Origin: Octopus sinensis
Taxonomy: Eukaryota
Assembly (NCBI RefSeq): GCF_006345805.1
Contig: NW_021831852.1
Coordinates: forward strand, 2,373-66,372
DNA length: 64,000 nt
Direction: 5' to 3'
Made by a program: the position numbers and the translations under genes. The notes under the pieces were generated by a model. That model had not been told where the DNA came from. It saw only the letters and a list, made by a program, of their open reading frames with translations, and did no database searches. Below are positions 26,578 through 39,601 of the stretch, piece after piece (position 1 is the first letter of the stretch; the number at the start of each line of letters is the position of its first letter).

Positions 26578-27076
26578 GTGTGGTTGGTGGACAATTCTTT
26601 GACCACACAGGTGGCGGTAGTAATCTCTTGTGTTTACCTAACGATCCCATTTGGGCCAATTATACGACAGAAGTAGAAAAATGTGGTTACATTTATGGCA
26701 GTGAATATCAATTCGAATTATACCCAACTAATAAACTCTTTTTTTTGCTAACGCTGAATCAATTTATGAACACAACGTTCCGTGCGCTGTCTGTTTGACA
26801 CGACAACCTGCTGTTGTAATGATGTTACCAGCTAGGACACGCTGTTACCCTGGTTGGACGATTGAATTTTCAGGATATTTGATGACCGCGCGTCATGATC
26901 ATAAGGGCAGACTTGAATATGTGTGTGTGGACTACGCACCAGAAGCTGATCCAGCGGGTTACAGTAACGAAGACGGAGCTCTATTATATTTCGTTCAGGC
27001 TGCTTGTGGTTCATTGCCATGTCCACCGTATGTCAATGGTCGAGAATTAACCTGCGTTGTGTGCAGTAAATATTGA
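26578..27076 (+). CDS. Copy B exon 4, collagen C4-like domain, with a -1 frameshift in a T8 run at 26739-26746
   Basis: ORFs 26580-26798 and 26795-27076 together give the full domain; A and C have 9 nt (TTTTCTTTT) at the T8 position; AATAAA at 27138 and 27206. Confidence 0.88.
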
Positions 27077-28777
27077 ATAGAAATTTACATTCGTTTCTAT
27101 ATGAAAATTTATGTCGGCGAATCATAAAATATAATATAATAAAGCAACATATACGTTTCTTGTAATTGTGTTTCGCAAAATTTTATACGACTAATTATAT
27201 CGTTAAATAAATTGCTGCTACAAGTTTTCAGAAAATATTCAAAACGAAACAACAGAGACGTCATAGAATGTGACAAATAGCTTAACAGTACGATGTAATC
27301 CTCAGGGAATGATTCTAGAATACATTGTATGAGGTTCAGTTTATCACATTTCAAAGTTGAAATAAAATGATGATTCGATTAAATGTGTGTTGTATTCCGT
27401 CTTAAAATGAAAACAATCCCCAAATGAAACACCTCCGTACAAATATATCACCCTTTCATGATCAATCTTCAGAAAACACGAAAAAAGCTTATAACTAACA
27501 CTCACTAAATTACTCCCATACGTATCATTGTAACTACAATCGATGCGATGAAATCTCTGCAATCCAATCGCGGATATTACCTAATAAAGGATATTTGATA
27601 TCCACTGAAGAAATACCACAAAATGTTGACTACCTAACGAGTTGTCAGGTTACTAACACATTGAAATTTTCACGAAACGCTTTCGAAATGGGTACAAGTA
27701 CACGTCCCACGATTAACTATTTTCAACCTACATTCACATATTCCACTCTCTTCTACAAAAATCACACACATACACAGCCTTGCATCACATTACACACGCA
27801 GCCTCTCATCGTTCCCTGAAAACTGATGTGCCAAAATAAAATATGAAACCACCAAGAAATATGAGTAGACTTCAGGAACAGCATCAACCGAATCTACAGC
27901 AACACCACAAAACATCGAGTTCAAAATTATCTCCATCTGTAACATAAAACTATCAAACTCGCAGAAGAGGAACTTGCTTCGAGATACATGAATACAATAA
28001 CTGTAACACACATAAACGACTTAGTAAGGAAAGGAACAGCACTTATAAAATATACATTAGGTGGAATCAGTGCAACATGTTGAGTCTTTCACACTCTACC
28101 CAGCATGATTGCTCCTTGTATGTGGGAGTTTGTAGAATGGCTGCCAGATAAACGAAGGTATCCGTGGAAAGAGGGATCTGTGGGTGGCAGCACGTTTTTT
28201 GTCCGATTAATTGCGTGCCATAAGAATGCTCGATTGTGAAAAGGCTAGAGAAAAAGAATAATAATTAAGTAATATGAAAGCACGAAATGCAAATTGACAA
28301 ATGAATATATGGAAACATTCAACATGGCGTTTCCAGTGAAGTATTAGCGCTCAGTATTAGGCACAAGCAATTTTTAGGTTCGTTAAAATGTGCTAATGGC
28401 ATATTTCAAAATCTAAAGGCAAATTCTGTGCAAAAAGCTGCAAAAACAGCATATCAGTCCAGTGCTGCTCCCTATCGGGTTCCAGTTCAGCCGTTATCAA
28501 AAGAAAATACCGAAGAAGGGAATATCTGGACAAACTTATAGCCATAGCTTTAACTTAAACATAGTCAACAACAACGAGTAAGTGACGCCATTAGAGCGCC
28601 AGGCTGGAGTCTGTCGTGAGTTACCTCCCTTCGGTATTTCTCTTTGATAAATACTTCGCTAGAGGAGTTGACTTCAACCTTGTGCCCCAACAGTAAATGC
28701 GGTCGCTCGTACGTGCCCGCATCTTTCCTTCTGTGTGTGTGTGTGTGTGTGTCAGTGTGTGTGATTGTGTGTGTGTG

Positions 28778-28831
<54 letters not shown>

Positions 28832-29778
28832 ACTATGTGTGTGTATATGTGTGTGTGTGTGTGTCACTATGTGTGTGTTTGTGTGTGTGGTTGTGTGTGT
28901 GTATGTGTGTGTGTGTGTATGTCAGTTTTGTGTGTGCGTGTGTGTGTCAGTCTGTGTGTCAGCATGTATGTGTGTGTATGTGTCAGTGTGTGTGTGTGTG
29001 TCAGTGTGTGTCAGTGTGTGTGTGTGTGTGTCGTACGGTGTGTGTCAATGTGTGTGTGTCTCAGTGTGTGTGTCAGTGTGTGTGTGTGTCAGTGTGTATG
29101 TGTGTCAGTTTTGTGTATGTGTATGTTAGTGCGTGTCAGTGTGTGTGTGTGTGTGTCTGTGTATATAAGTGTGTTTGTGTGTGTCAGTGGTGTGTGTGTA
29201 TGTATGTCAGTGTGTACGTGTGTGTGTGTCAATGTTTGTATGTGTGTGTTTGAGTAAGGGTTTGTATGTGTGTGTGAGTGTATGTGTGTTTGTGTGTGTC
29301 AGTGTTTGTGTGTGTGTCAGTGTGTGTGTGTTTGTCAGTGTGTGTGTGTGTTTTCTGTGTATTTGTTGGTTGAACGAAATATTTCCCACACTGAATAATA
29401 AAACAGTTTCCCAAGAATAACAAATAAAATTAAATAACAACATTAGTAAATAAATATATCATAATATATCCAGAAACAGGAATCATTTCACTTTACACGT
29501 GTCTCTCATTCATCAAAATATTTTGCTAATTATTGTGTGTGACAATATCAAACCATCTCTTTCCAATAATTAAACCTGTCAGACAAGTTCACGCCCACTT
29601 TTACAGTTCCACCAATCGCATTGGTCATAAATTTACGATATGATCTATGCCAGAGCTGGTTGTTGTGCGCTCAATAAATACGTGGAATTCAGTTACAGGT
29701 CTTCAGCTTAAACCTCGCATCTCGATCTTTTGTTGAAGCCACACGAAGTATCACTTACGGCCGACAACTGTCACCAGA

Positions 29779-29920
29779 ATGGATTTCGCACAACTGTCCG
29801 GAATATTTCGCGCGTTATTCCATTTCTTCTCTCATAGCTTTTGGGGTTCTTCTCGTTCTGACGATCGTGATTCTTAATCAAGATTCAAGAATAGGAAAAA
29901 TGGAAGAGAAATCGAAAACG
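29779..29920 (+). CDS. Copy C exon 1; 142 nt, two single-base losses vs consensus
   Basis: ATG at 29779, donor gtaagt at 29921; TCCGG vs TCCAGG and CGCGCG vs CGCAGCG. Confidence 0.78.
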
Positions 29921-30382
29921 GTAAGTCATGGATTTTGTGTTAATATATGTATGTCTTTATGTATTTATATATGCATGTATATGTATGCATTTACGTATGT
30001 ATGTATTAATATGTGGATGTATGTACGTACGGATGGATGGATGAATGTAAGGATGTATGCATGAATCACGTACACATGTTCCTATGGAGGACACACACAC
30101 CCATAAGATCACACACGTAATCACACACGAACACACAGGCGCACACACCTAAACATACATATATATACATGTACATATATTTGAATATATAATATACATA
30201 TATATGTATATATAATATACATATATATGAATATATTAGTGCGTGAACATATATAGATATATATATACAAACAAATGTATGCGTGTGTGTATCTATCACT
30301 GTATCTCTCTGTCTATCTCTCTCTCTCTCTCTGTCTATCTCTCTCTCTCTCTCTCTCTATTTATCTATATATATATATGTAT

Positions 30383-30427
<45 letters not shown>

Positions 30428-30801
30428 TATATACATATATTCTTTTACCTGTTTCAGTCATTTGACGGCGGCCATGCTAGAGCACAGCGTTTAGTAGGAC
30501 AAAGTGACTTAAGGAATTATTCTTTGTAAGCCTATTGCTCATTCTATCGGTATCTCTAGCCGAACCGCTATGTAACGCGGACGTAAACACACCGACATCA
30601 GTTGAGAATCGATAGTGGTCCGACAATAACAGACACATACATAAAACATAGATACATACACACTATGTGTGCTATACACACACACACACACACTTACATC
30701 TATATATATATATATATATACATATCATATATACATACACACATATATAGTTACGTATGTATGTACATTCATATCTATCTATCTCTCTCTCTCTCTATCT
30801 G

Positions 30802-30873
<72 letters not shown>

Positions 30874-30875
<2 letters not shown>

Positions 30876-31789
30876 CGTTCACATTCCTGTCTTCTACCAA
30901 GAAATCTAATGCTTACAGCTTAGTTTTTTTTCTTGCAGCTGGCCGAGTTGGAGCAAATATCAGAATTGAACAGCCGAAATTTGCTATGATGATTCGGTGT
31001 CTGACTGAAGATTGAAGGATTCGAATGATTTGTCTGTGTTCCGTGTTCGTCCCTTCCTGTTTTTCACGTTCATTATATATAAAAACATTCATTCTTATAT
31101 TATTGCGGCGTTACGTGCACCCCCCCCCCCCCGTTTGTTTGTCCAATTTTAAACCCTGCACGACTTCTATACACACTGTCTTTTACTACCCGCCATTGCT
31201 TCTTTACCAAACTTTTTGGCGCCATCCGATTCTTCCCCTCTCTTCCTCCCATCCTCCTTAATCCCTTCTTTCTCCTTCTCTCTTGGTCACTGATTCTGTC
31301 CCCTGCCTTCCACCCTCTTTGATTCCCTCTCTCTCTGTCTCTCTTTCTCTCTCTCCTGCGACCTGCTGCTTCTTCAACCATTCTGTTCGTATCTCGACCA
31401 ACATGTGTCCCCGCTACCGAAACGGTAATTATTTCTACGCCAGCTGCTATGTTGTTGTTGTTTTGTCTCATTTGGTCTAAAGTCGTATGACAACCACCGT
31501 TATATATATTTTGTTTTTTCATTACTGTTTTCAATTTCGTTTTCGTCTCTTGTATTCACATCCGTCTTGTGCGTTCACATTCCTGTCTTCTACCAAGAAA
31601 TCTAATGCTTACAGCTTAGTTTTTTTTCTTGGGGCTGGCCGGGTTGGAGCAAATATCAGAATTGAACAGCCGAAATTTGCTATGATGATTCGGTGTCTGA
31701 CTGAAGATTGAAGGCTTCGAATGATTTGTCTGTGTTCCGTGTTCGTCCCTTCCTGTATTTCACGTTCATTATATATAAAAACATTCATT

Positions 31790-31796
<7 letters not shown>
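30874..31796. mobile_element. TRIM-like insertion: 227-bp direct repeats around ~470 bp, copy C only
   Basis: 30874-31100 and 31570-31796 differ at 5 positions by my count; both start TG; inserted in a TA/TCTA tract. Confidence 0.55.
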
Positions 31797-31830
<34 letters not shown>

Positions 31831-33433
31831 TATATATATAATATATATATATATATGTATATGGATATATATATATATATATATTTATGTATATATATAC
31901 ACACATCCCAAGGAAACACAAAGAAGGGTGGAATTGTACGCCTGTCCGATCGCTCTTTCACCAGACATAATCCTGGAGAGGGAAATAAGTGCGTAATGAA
32001 AATAATCTAATGGTGGGGTTCCAGCATGGCCATGCCCTGTCGCTGCAACGTTTAGCCCTATTAATATTAGTGTTAAGTATTATATCTAGATGTACACTTA
32101 CACACACGCACAGAAACAGACACATACAAACACACACACACACGCACACATAGAAATACGTACATATTTACACACATTTATCTATTTCTCTCCATCAGGA
32201 ACGGAAGTGAGGCGAGTTTTTTTTAATCTTTTCTTTCCAACTGAAAATAAAACGTGCGGGTGCCAATGTAGATCGGTGAATTTCGTAATGTTTGACTGTA
32301 ATTCACGTTGGTTTTTATATATGACAATATGTAAGAACGAATGTAAATACATACACACAGACACACGGACAAACACACGCACAAATAAACACAAACACAC
32401 ACACACATACGCACGCACGCACACAGACACACGTGCTCAATTGTACACGAACAATCACACTATACAGTGTATGTCCACTCACATATATGTGTGCGTTTGT
32501 GTGTGTGTATGCGTATAAGTAGATACGTCTATTTGTGATATTTATGGTGTGTATGCTTATGTGTACGTGTATACCTATATATTGATATGTATTTATATAT
32601 ATATATATATATATATATGTCTGTGTGGAGGCGCAGTGGCCCAATTTTTAGGGTCGCGGACTCACGGTTGTAGGATCGCGGTTTTGATTTCCAGACTGGG
32701 TGTTGTGTGTGTTTAAGGCTCCACGAGGTTGTGAGCACTCTTTCGCTACAACTTTCTCCCTTTCTTCTGTTGGCCTGCTCGCTTAGCCAGCGAAGTGCTT
32801 TGTAACCAGCGATGTGTAGCAACAATTGATAGCCTGGTCGGTCACGGTGATCACGGAGATATATATATGTATCATACGCACACAATACACGCACACACAC
32901 ATACACACATACATACTCACACACCAGCACAGATGCCCACATATACCTTTAACAAACAATGCTCATACAGATACGCACACACTTATACACACATGGGTAC
33001 AGACACACACGGACATTCACGTGCTTAAGCGCACACACGCACACAAGCACACGAACGCACATTGCGCCCACATAACTCCACCCCCCCACACACACACTCA
33101 CACACACGCATGAACAAAATCACATAGACACCGATACATATACATACACATAATATATGCCTCCACGCGCACACACACATACACATACGTATCCACATAT
33201 ACATACGTATACACATATAGACACAGACACACACACGCATGCAAAAACATATCTACACATGCAAGCACATATCCACACTTACACACACATTCCTCCTCCT
33301 CTACCACTCTCCTGTCTTTGAAAGAACGTTTCTTCACCCATTTCCTTACGGTCATTCAAAATGTGCCGGCGTGTGTACCGTTGGCGATCTTTTTTCCTCT
33401 GTCTTCCATCCTCTGGATCTTTCCTTCTCGTAT

Positions 33434-33468
33434 GTTTCCGACGAAGAGCTCCGCTCGAAACGTTAATC
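33434..33468 (+). ncRNA. Minimal type I hammerhead-like motif of Penelope-like-element type (U4C variant); also 2847-2881, 5319-5353, 20005-20039, 50770-50804
   Basis: GTTT-CCGACGA-A-GAGC(TCC)GCTC-GAAAC-GTT-AATC in C (stem I 3' strand is AAAC in the other copies); core order CNGANGA...GAAA...GUH; palindromic ACGT stem III. Confidence 0.5.
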
Positions 33469-33616
33469 CCTTCTTCTTTCCTTTTTCCTGAGCGTCCAAT
33501 AATACTATATTTGTTCCACGTCCTCGCGTTGTTGTGTTTCTTTGTGCTTTCTTGTTTGGATTAAATTTAACTATATATATATACATGTGTGTGTGTCTAT
33601 ATAAATATATATATAT

Positions 33617-35899
33617 GAGAGCATACTTTCGATATGAGAGAAAGGCAAAACCCAGATTGGTTCAATGCTGGGCTCTCAGAGCTGGAGCCAGTTATCGAAG
33701 CAAAGCGTGCAGCTCTGATGCAATACAAGAGTGACTCTTCTACAAAGTCACTCGAAGAACTCAGAAAGGCACGAAATAAAACCCAACTGACAGCCAGACG
33801 CTGTGCAAATAGGTATTGGCAGGAAATCTGTCAGAGTATCCAGTCAGCTGCTGACATGGGTGACACCTGTGGGATGTATGGCGGTTTGAAGAAGGCCCTC
33901 GGTCCATCCGCAACAAAGTCAGCCCCTCTGAAATCAACTACTGGAGATCTCATCAGGGATCAAGGCAAGCAAATGTATAGATGGGTGGAGCACTGCCAGG
34001 ATCTCTACACTCGGGAGACTACAGTGGCTGAGGCTGCAGTCGAGAGCATCAAGATCTTGCCAGTCATGTGCGAACTTGACAGTCCGCCATCTATAGCAGA
34101 GCTCACCAAGGTTGTTGACTCCCTAGCAAGAAATAAGGCTCCGTGAAAAGACGGCATCCCCTCAGAGATCATCAAAGCCGGCAAAAACACCATCCTGCTT
34201 CGGCACCTTCATGAGCTTCTGTGTTAGTGCTGGGAAGAGGGTACAGTCCCTCAGGATATGCGGGATGCGAACATCATTACGCTTTACAAAAACAAAGGTG
34301 ACCGTGGTGATTGTAACAATTACCGTGGTATATCCCTTCTAAGCACTGTTGGAAAGACCTTTGCCCGCGTTATCCTGGCCAGGCTACAACTACTTGCTTC
34401 TCGAATATATCCGGAATCGCAGTGTGGCTTTAGAAGAAGCAGATCAACTATCGATATGATATTCTCCATACGCCAACTTCAGGAGAAGTCCAGAGAGCAG
34501 AAAATGCCATTATATATGGCCTTCATTGATCTAACAAAGGCTTTTGACTCGGTAAGCAGAACAGGCCTCTTCATCCTGCTCCAAAAAATCGGATGTCCAC
34601 CAAAGCTGCTGAGGATCATCAAGTCTTTCCATGATGACATGCAAGGCACCATACAGCACAACGGTTCAACATCAGCCGCCTTTCAAATAAAAAACGGGGT
34701 AAAGCAAGGTTGTGTCCTCGCTCCTACATTGTTTGGCATCTTCTCGCTCTTACTTTCACATGCCTTTCAGACATCAGATGATGGAGTGCTTCTGCATAGT
34801 AGAAGTGACGGGAATCTGTTCAATCTCTCGCGCCTGCGTGCCAAGATGAAAATCAGAAACGTCCTGATCAAGGAGATGTTATTTGCTGATGATGCCGCTC
34901 TGGTAACACACACAGAAGAAGCCCTCCAAAGGTTCATTAACTGTTTTGAGCAAGCATGTAACGACTTTGGCTTAGCTATCAGCCTTAAGAAGACCAACAT
35001 CATGGGCCAGGCTACATCGGACATCCCAAACATACATATTGGAGACCACAGATTACAAGAGGTGGAGAAGTTTACCTATCTGGGCTCTACCGTCACCTAC
35101 AGCCTATCCCTTGACGCTGAGCTCAATATACGCATTGGCAAGGCAGCTGCTGCGATGGCTCACCTCTCCAAACGGGCTTGGGACAACAATAAGCTGACCA
35201 AGACCACGAAAATGAAGATCTACCAGGCATGTGTACTCAGCACTCTACTGTATGGAAGTGAGACCTGGACGATATACACACGCCAAAGGCGTCGCCTAAA
35301 CATCTTTCACCTGCGCTGCCTCCGAAAAATCCTCCGCATCAAATGGCAGAATCATATCCCCAACAAAGATGTCCTCAGGCAAGCAGGAATACCAAGCATG
35401 TTTGCATTCCTCACGCAAAGACGTATGAGATGACTTGGGCATGTTAGCCGTATGAAAGATGGCAGAATCCCCAAGGACATACTCTACGGAGAGCTTGCTA
35501 GGGGTACTAGGTCTGTGGGTAGACCGATCTTACGTTACAAGGATGTTTGCAAAAGGGATATGAAGGCCTGCAACATCAATATTAGCGGTTGGGAGGCAGT
35601 TGCCGGCAATCGTGGAAAATGGCGACGTACCGTAAAAGAGGGAATACAAAGGAGTGACAGAGAGAGAGAGGAGAAATGGAGAGAAAAGAAGAGACGTCAA
35701 CAAGAGACTATGGCATTACAACCAGCCAGGAACAGTCATCGCTACATTTGCGGTACCTGCCAGAGGGAGTGTTTGTCCAGGATAGGACTACACAGCCACA
35801 GCAGGAAACGTATCAGGACATGAAATATAAAAGCAGGACTAGACTACTTTATGCGCAACTCCATTATCTCCCGAGACTGAAAGGATGCCAACCAACAAA
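33617..35899 (+). mobile_element. 5'-truncated RTE-clade LINE (RT plus C-terminal CCHH), unique to copy C intron 1
   Basis: Same-frame ORFs 33634-34146, 34258-35433, 35452-35823 separated by single stops; motifs NYRGISLL, FIDLTKAFD, GVKQGCVLAP, LFADD, FTYLGS, CGTCQRECLSRIGLHSH; 3' end GGATGCCAACCAAC; inserted in a (TA)n tract that is empty in copy B (~20160-20200). Confidence 0.95.
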
Positions 35900-36639
35900 T
35901 ATATATATATATAAATATGTAGAAATATGTGTGTGTGTGTACTAGCAGACATACCCGTCATTGCTGGGGATTAAAATGGCAAAGTGGGTATATAATATAT
36001 ACCAGTCATTTTGAAACAGGTGATACGGGAAAGTGCAACATTGACAACAAAACATTTGTAGAGTAAATGCTGGGCTAATTCGACTAAGCAACATGCTATG
36101 CGTCCGTTTGGAGTGTTTCAGGCCCTAACCTGTCATGCAAAATTAGAGGAGGGGTTTGTGTGATTTTTGAACGTACCGAAAACTGTCAGTGGATATACTC
36201 TCCTTTGCAGCAGTGTGCGCTGTGTCTAACACGACCCATCATCGGAAATTTTGACACCTCACGTCGGGTTTGTTGTCCTACATCACTCATAGAGTAAATT
36301 TGGAGGAACTGTGGTTGTTCATTTGCGGGTACCAGAGAACCAATGAGGGGATAGACTTGCCCTTGAACTTTGACGTCGGCGTAAATTCATGTTTATCTAT
36401 CTTCTTAGGTTCACCAAACGATGTCATTTGAAATTCAGAGTTGTATTGTCTGATATTGTTCAGAAAATCGTTTGACTGGATTAAAGCGCCTTCTAGAAGA
36501 TTCCTAAGGGGTTGAGATGGTAGTGTTGGTAATGATACCTGTCCGAATATGTTGACATCTATTGCATTGTTTTAAGTTTTAAACGATAATAAATACCCTG
36601 AAGTTCTATTTATATGATGCTATTTCTATTTTTTCACAG

Positions 36640-36691
36640 AACCGTTTCATCTCCAAGAAATCTCTCGACGATAAACCTGATGACACACCAA
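36640..36691 (+). CDS. Copy C exon 2
   Basis: ttttcacag|AAC...CCAA|gtaaga; 52 nt. Confidence 0.85.
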
Positions 36692-36949
36692 GTAAGAACT
36701 AATTTTATGGCTAAAGTCTTTTACCCGTGTCTCCTTAACTAATGGTTTACAATTTTACCAACTTCGAATTAGTTCCACATTACTATCCACATGTCCAAAA
36801 TAGTATATACTAAGACACTTGCCTGCATTTATTTCAAAATATATTCTACTTTACAATAAATTCCTAAATAAATTGTTACTCTAATATACTATGCCATTAA
36901 TTGTGTGTATATGAGTATATATGCAGTGCTACGTAGATAATTATTTCGG

Positions 36950-38960
36950 CCCGCACGGTTCCTCTGAGGGAGCTCTTTCCGAGTGTTCTAGTCGGCCGGT
37001 ACATTCACTGTGAAATCATTAGAGTGCTCAGAGTGAGCCCAGCCGGCTTGCATACGAAAAGCATGAATGCCCTCTTCATCTGAGAATCAAATGCGCGAAC
37101 TGGCGTTTCACTGCGTTTATAACTACAATTCAGCAGTCTGTCCACTCTTGTGCTTCCAATCGTTCGTGAATAGAGACCCGAAATAATGATGTTCCACTTT
37201 CCTACACAGTGCGTATTTGTCAATCCTGCTTTGGTGTACTCGGCAGCCAACCAATTCAGTGCACGTTGTTCGTGACCATCAGACGAATCAGGTAGCAGCA
37301 TGTCGTCTACAAATCACACGCCACCGATCACGTAGAGATGAATTGGGATACCTCTACCACAATGGCTGCGCATATTCAACCAGATCACAAAAAAGAATGT
37401 GAGAGGGGGCACTAACAATGCACACTTCAACTAAGTGAAAACTTCTCGTTGAAAACTTTCGACTTTTACATAAATACAAACATTTGAACATCCATATATG
37501 TACTTTATGGCAACCAGTATTTGCCCATCAAACTCACCTTCCTGGTAAACCATCCGCAACATTCCCCAGGTCACGTGATCATGTGCCTTTTCGTGGTTTA
37601 CAGCGTATAAACCTTGGAAATATTTCAATGTTTGCTGGAATATCTGTCTTTGAATGACTTTCAGGTCGGGTGTAGTTCGTCCAGGACAGTAACCTTTGGC
37701 ACGACAATTTCCCTACATATCTTTTCCTGACATCTAGTGTAGACTTTTCTATAATTGGAACACACTCATTGGTCTCTGTTTGAAAAAATTGTGATTGTCA
37801 CCCCATATTTCCATTGCCTTGGTGTTTTTTCCAGAGGTCCCATCCACCTAGCATACATGGGTCACTCAGAGAATATCATCTGTATTTAAGGTTTCTAAAA
37901 TATCAAGCCGGACGTGCTTTTCACCAGCAGCTTTACCACTTTTAAGTGAGTTTAGCTCAAATAAGCGTTCAACCGAAGAAGAACCTGCCGAAAAAAATAA
38001 TACAATCACGAATTCATTTCGATGTCGAACTTCATTCAGGCGGATCACTCTCAATTTGGATGCAAAGGTCTCCACATTTTTGTTTCTGATCCCAGCATCC
38101 ACTGCGCCTTCCAACTCTATTCTGTAGGTCGCACTGGACTTACCAATTTCCAGTGTTCGGTAGACTGTAGGAATTTTCAGGTTTTTAGACGTTTAGGTAG
38201 TGACGAGTTGACAACTCCGCCCCTTCCTTTTACCCGAACGTTCAGCAAAGAGTGAAAGAGGACCGAACCTAATCAGAAACCTCTGTCACCAAGTATTTCT
38301 ATACCAGGCACCCTTATAAATATCCCTGTCTTAAAATAATATCTATACCATAGAGTGGAGAGTGTGTATCCTGCACAGAAGGCTGCTACGACCTGTCTAT
38401 TAAGTTCACTGACGACATTCCTTCCAATCAATCCTTCTCACGATTATCAGTGCCAAGGTGTGCACTGAAGTCTCCTTGCGGGACAAATGACTTTACCCCA
38501 AATATATCTAAAGCTGAGGTGAATTTGCTTAGGAAGGTTTTGTATTTGACGCCGATGTTTGCTGCATATACTTTCAGCAGCCATAGTGGTCTTTCATATT
38601 CAGCCTTAGCTTCAAGAGGTGAACCCTCACACCTAGTAAGTTTCACTCCATAATACAATCCGAAAGCTGGGGATTGAGAGTATCCTAATCCCACCTGTGC
38701 AGATATTGTTGGCACCACAGTTGCGTAGTGGAGTTTCAAGCCTATATCCAAGTGTACGCTGTCGGAAAAACGAAATTTTGTAGAGGAGACACCGATTATA
38801 TCTTACAGGCAGATTATATCTAACAATTTTGACGTTTTAATTCTCAATTATTAAAGGTTGTTCCCTTCTTCATCTGCTTTGGTTTCCTGAGACCGTCAAT
38901 TTTGTGCTCCCACCTCACGCACCCCAGATTCAGTTGCAGGCTTCTTGCTGGTTGCACCGG
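36950..38960 (-). mobile_element. Same degenerate RTE-like LINE, copy C
   Basis: ORF 38428-38751 carries endonuclease motifs KVYAAN and QGDFSAHLG; ORF 37431-37628 has NHEKAHDHV (DxxKAyD-like). Confidence 0.8.
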
Positions 38961-39526
38961 TGTTGGGTGTGTTGTGCTATACATTTATCGAATGGACTCC
39001 TCTACTCGAGATCCGGATGCGATGTCTTTTAACTAAATTGACAAATGATGCGGTATGGTTGTTATTTTCATATTGTAGTTATGATGGCCTTATTTGCGCT
39101 GAGCTCCAAACTGATGTTTGTAATTGACCGATGAATATTCGCACCTGGCGAATATTTTATCATTATTCTATTGAGTTGTATCAATATTCTATTGAGAAGT
39201 ATATATACTCATACCCAAGTTTACGTATCATACATACATCCGTTCTTAGCGGAGACCGATACACATTCTGATATTCTGAGATTAATCTCTCAAATCTTTG
39301 ACATCAACGTCACCAACAGGCTCAACAGACAAATGTCTTTTTTCTTTCTTTACAATTTATTCTTATTATTTACATCTTTCGTTCTGACTTTCATTCATTC
39401 ACTCGTTCTTTCTTAAGTTCTATATTTCTCTCTTCTCCATCAATTCCTTCCCATCCAACATCCTACTTTGTAAATGATCCCCCAATTCTTTCTTTTAAAC
39501 TACATTATTTCATTTTAATTTCGCAG

Positions 39527-39601
39527 AACCCGGTCTCGGATCATTGTATACCCGGTGGGGCAGAACAACTTGTCCTCCTTATTCAAACCTTGTATATGAC
39601 G
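39527..39601 (+). CDS. Copy C exon 3
   Basis: tttcgcag| and |gttagt; 75 nt; open frame. Confidence 0.88.

Noticed and set aside
26736-26750. T TTT TTG slippery-like site whose -1 shift would restore copy B exon 4 (programmed frameshifting)
   Set aside because: A 1-nt homopolymer loss is the commonest long-read error, paralogs have 9 nt here, and I see no downstream stimulatory structure; B also has another indel in exon 1.
31100-31534. 144-aa minus-strand ORF inside the TRIM-like element
   Set aside because: Low-complexity GA-rich translation with no recognisable domain.
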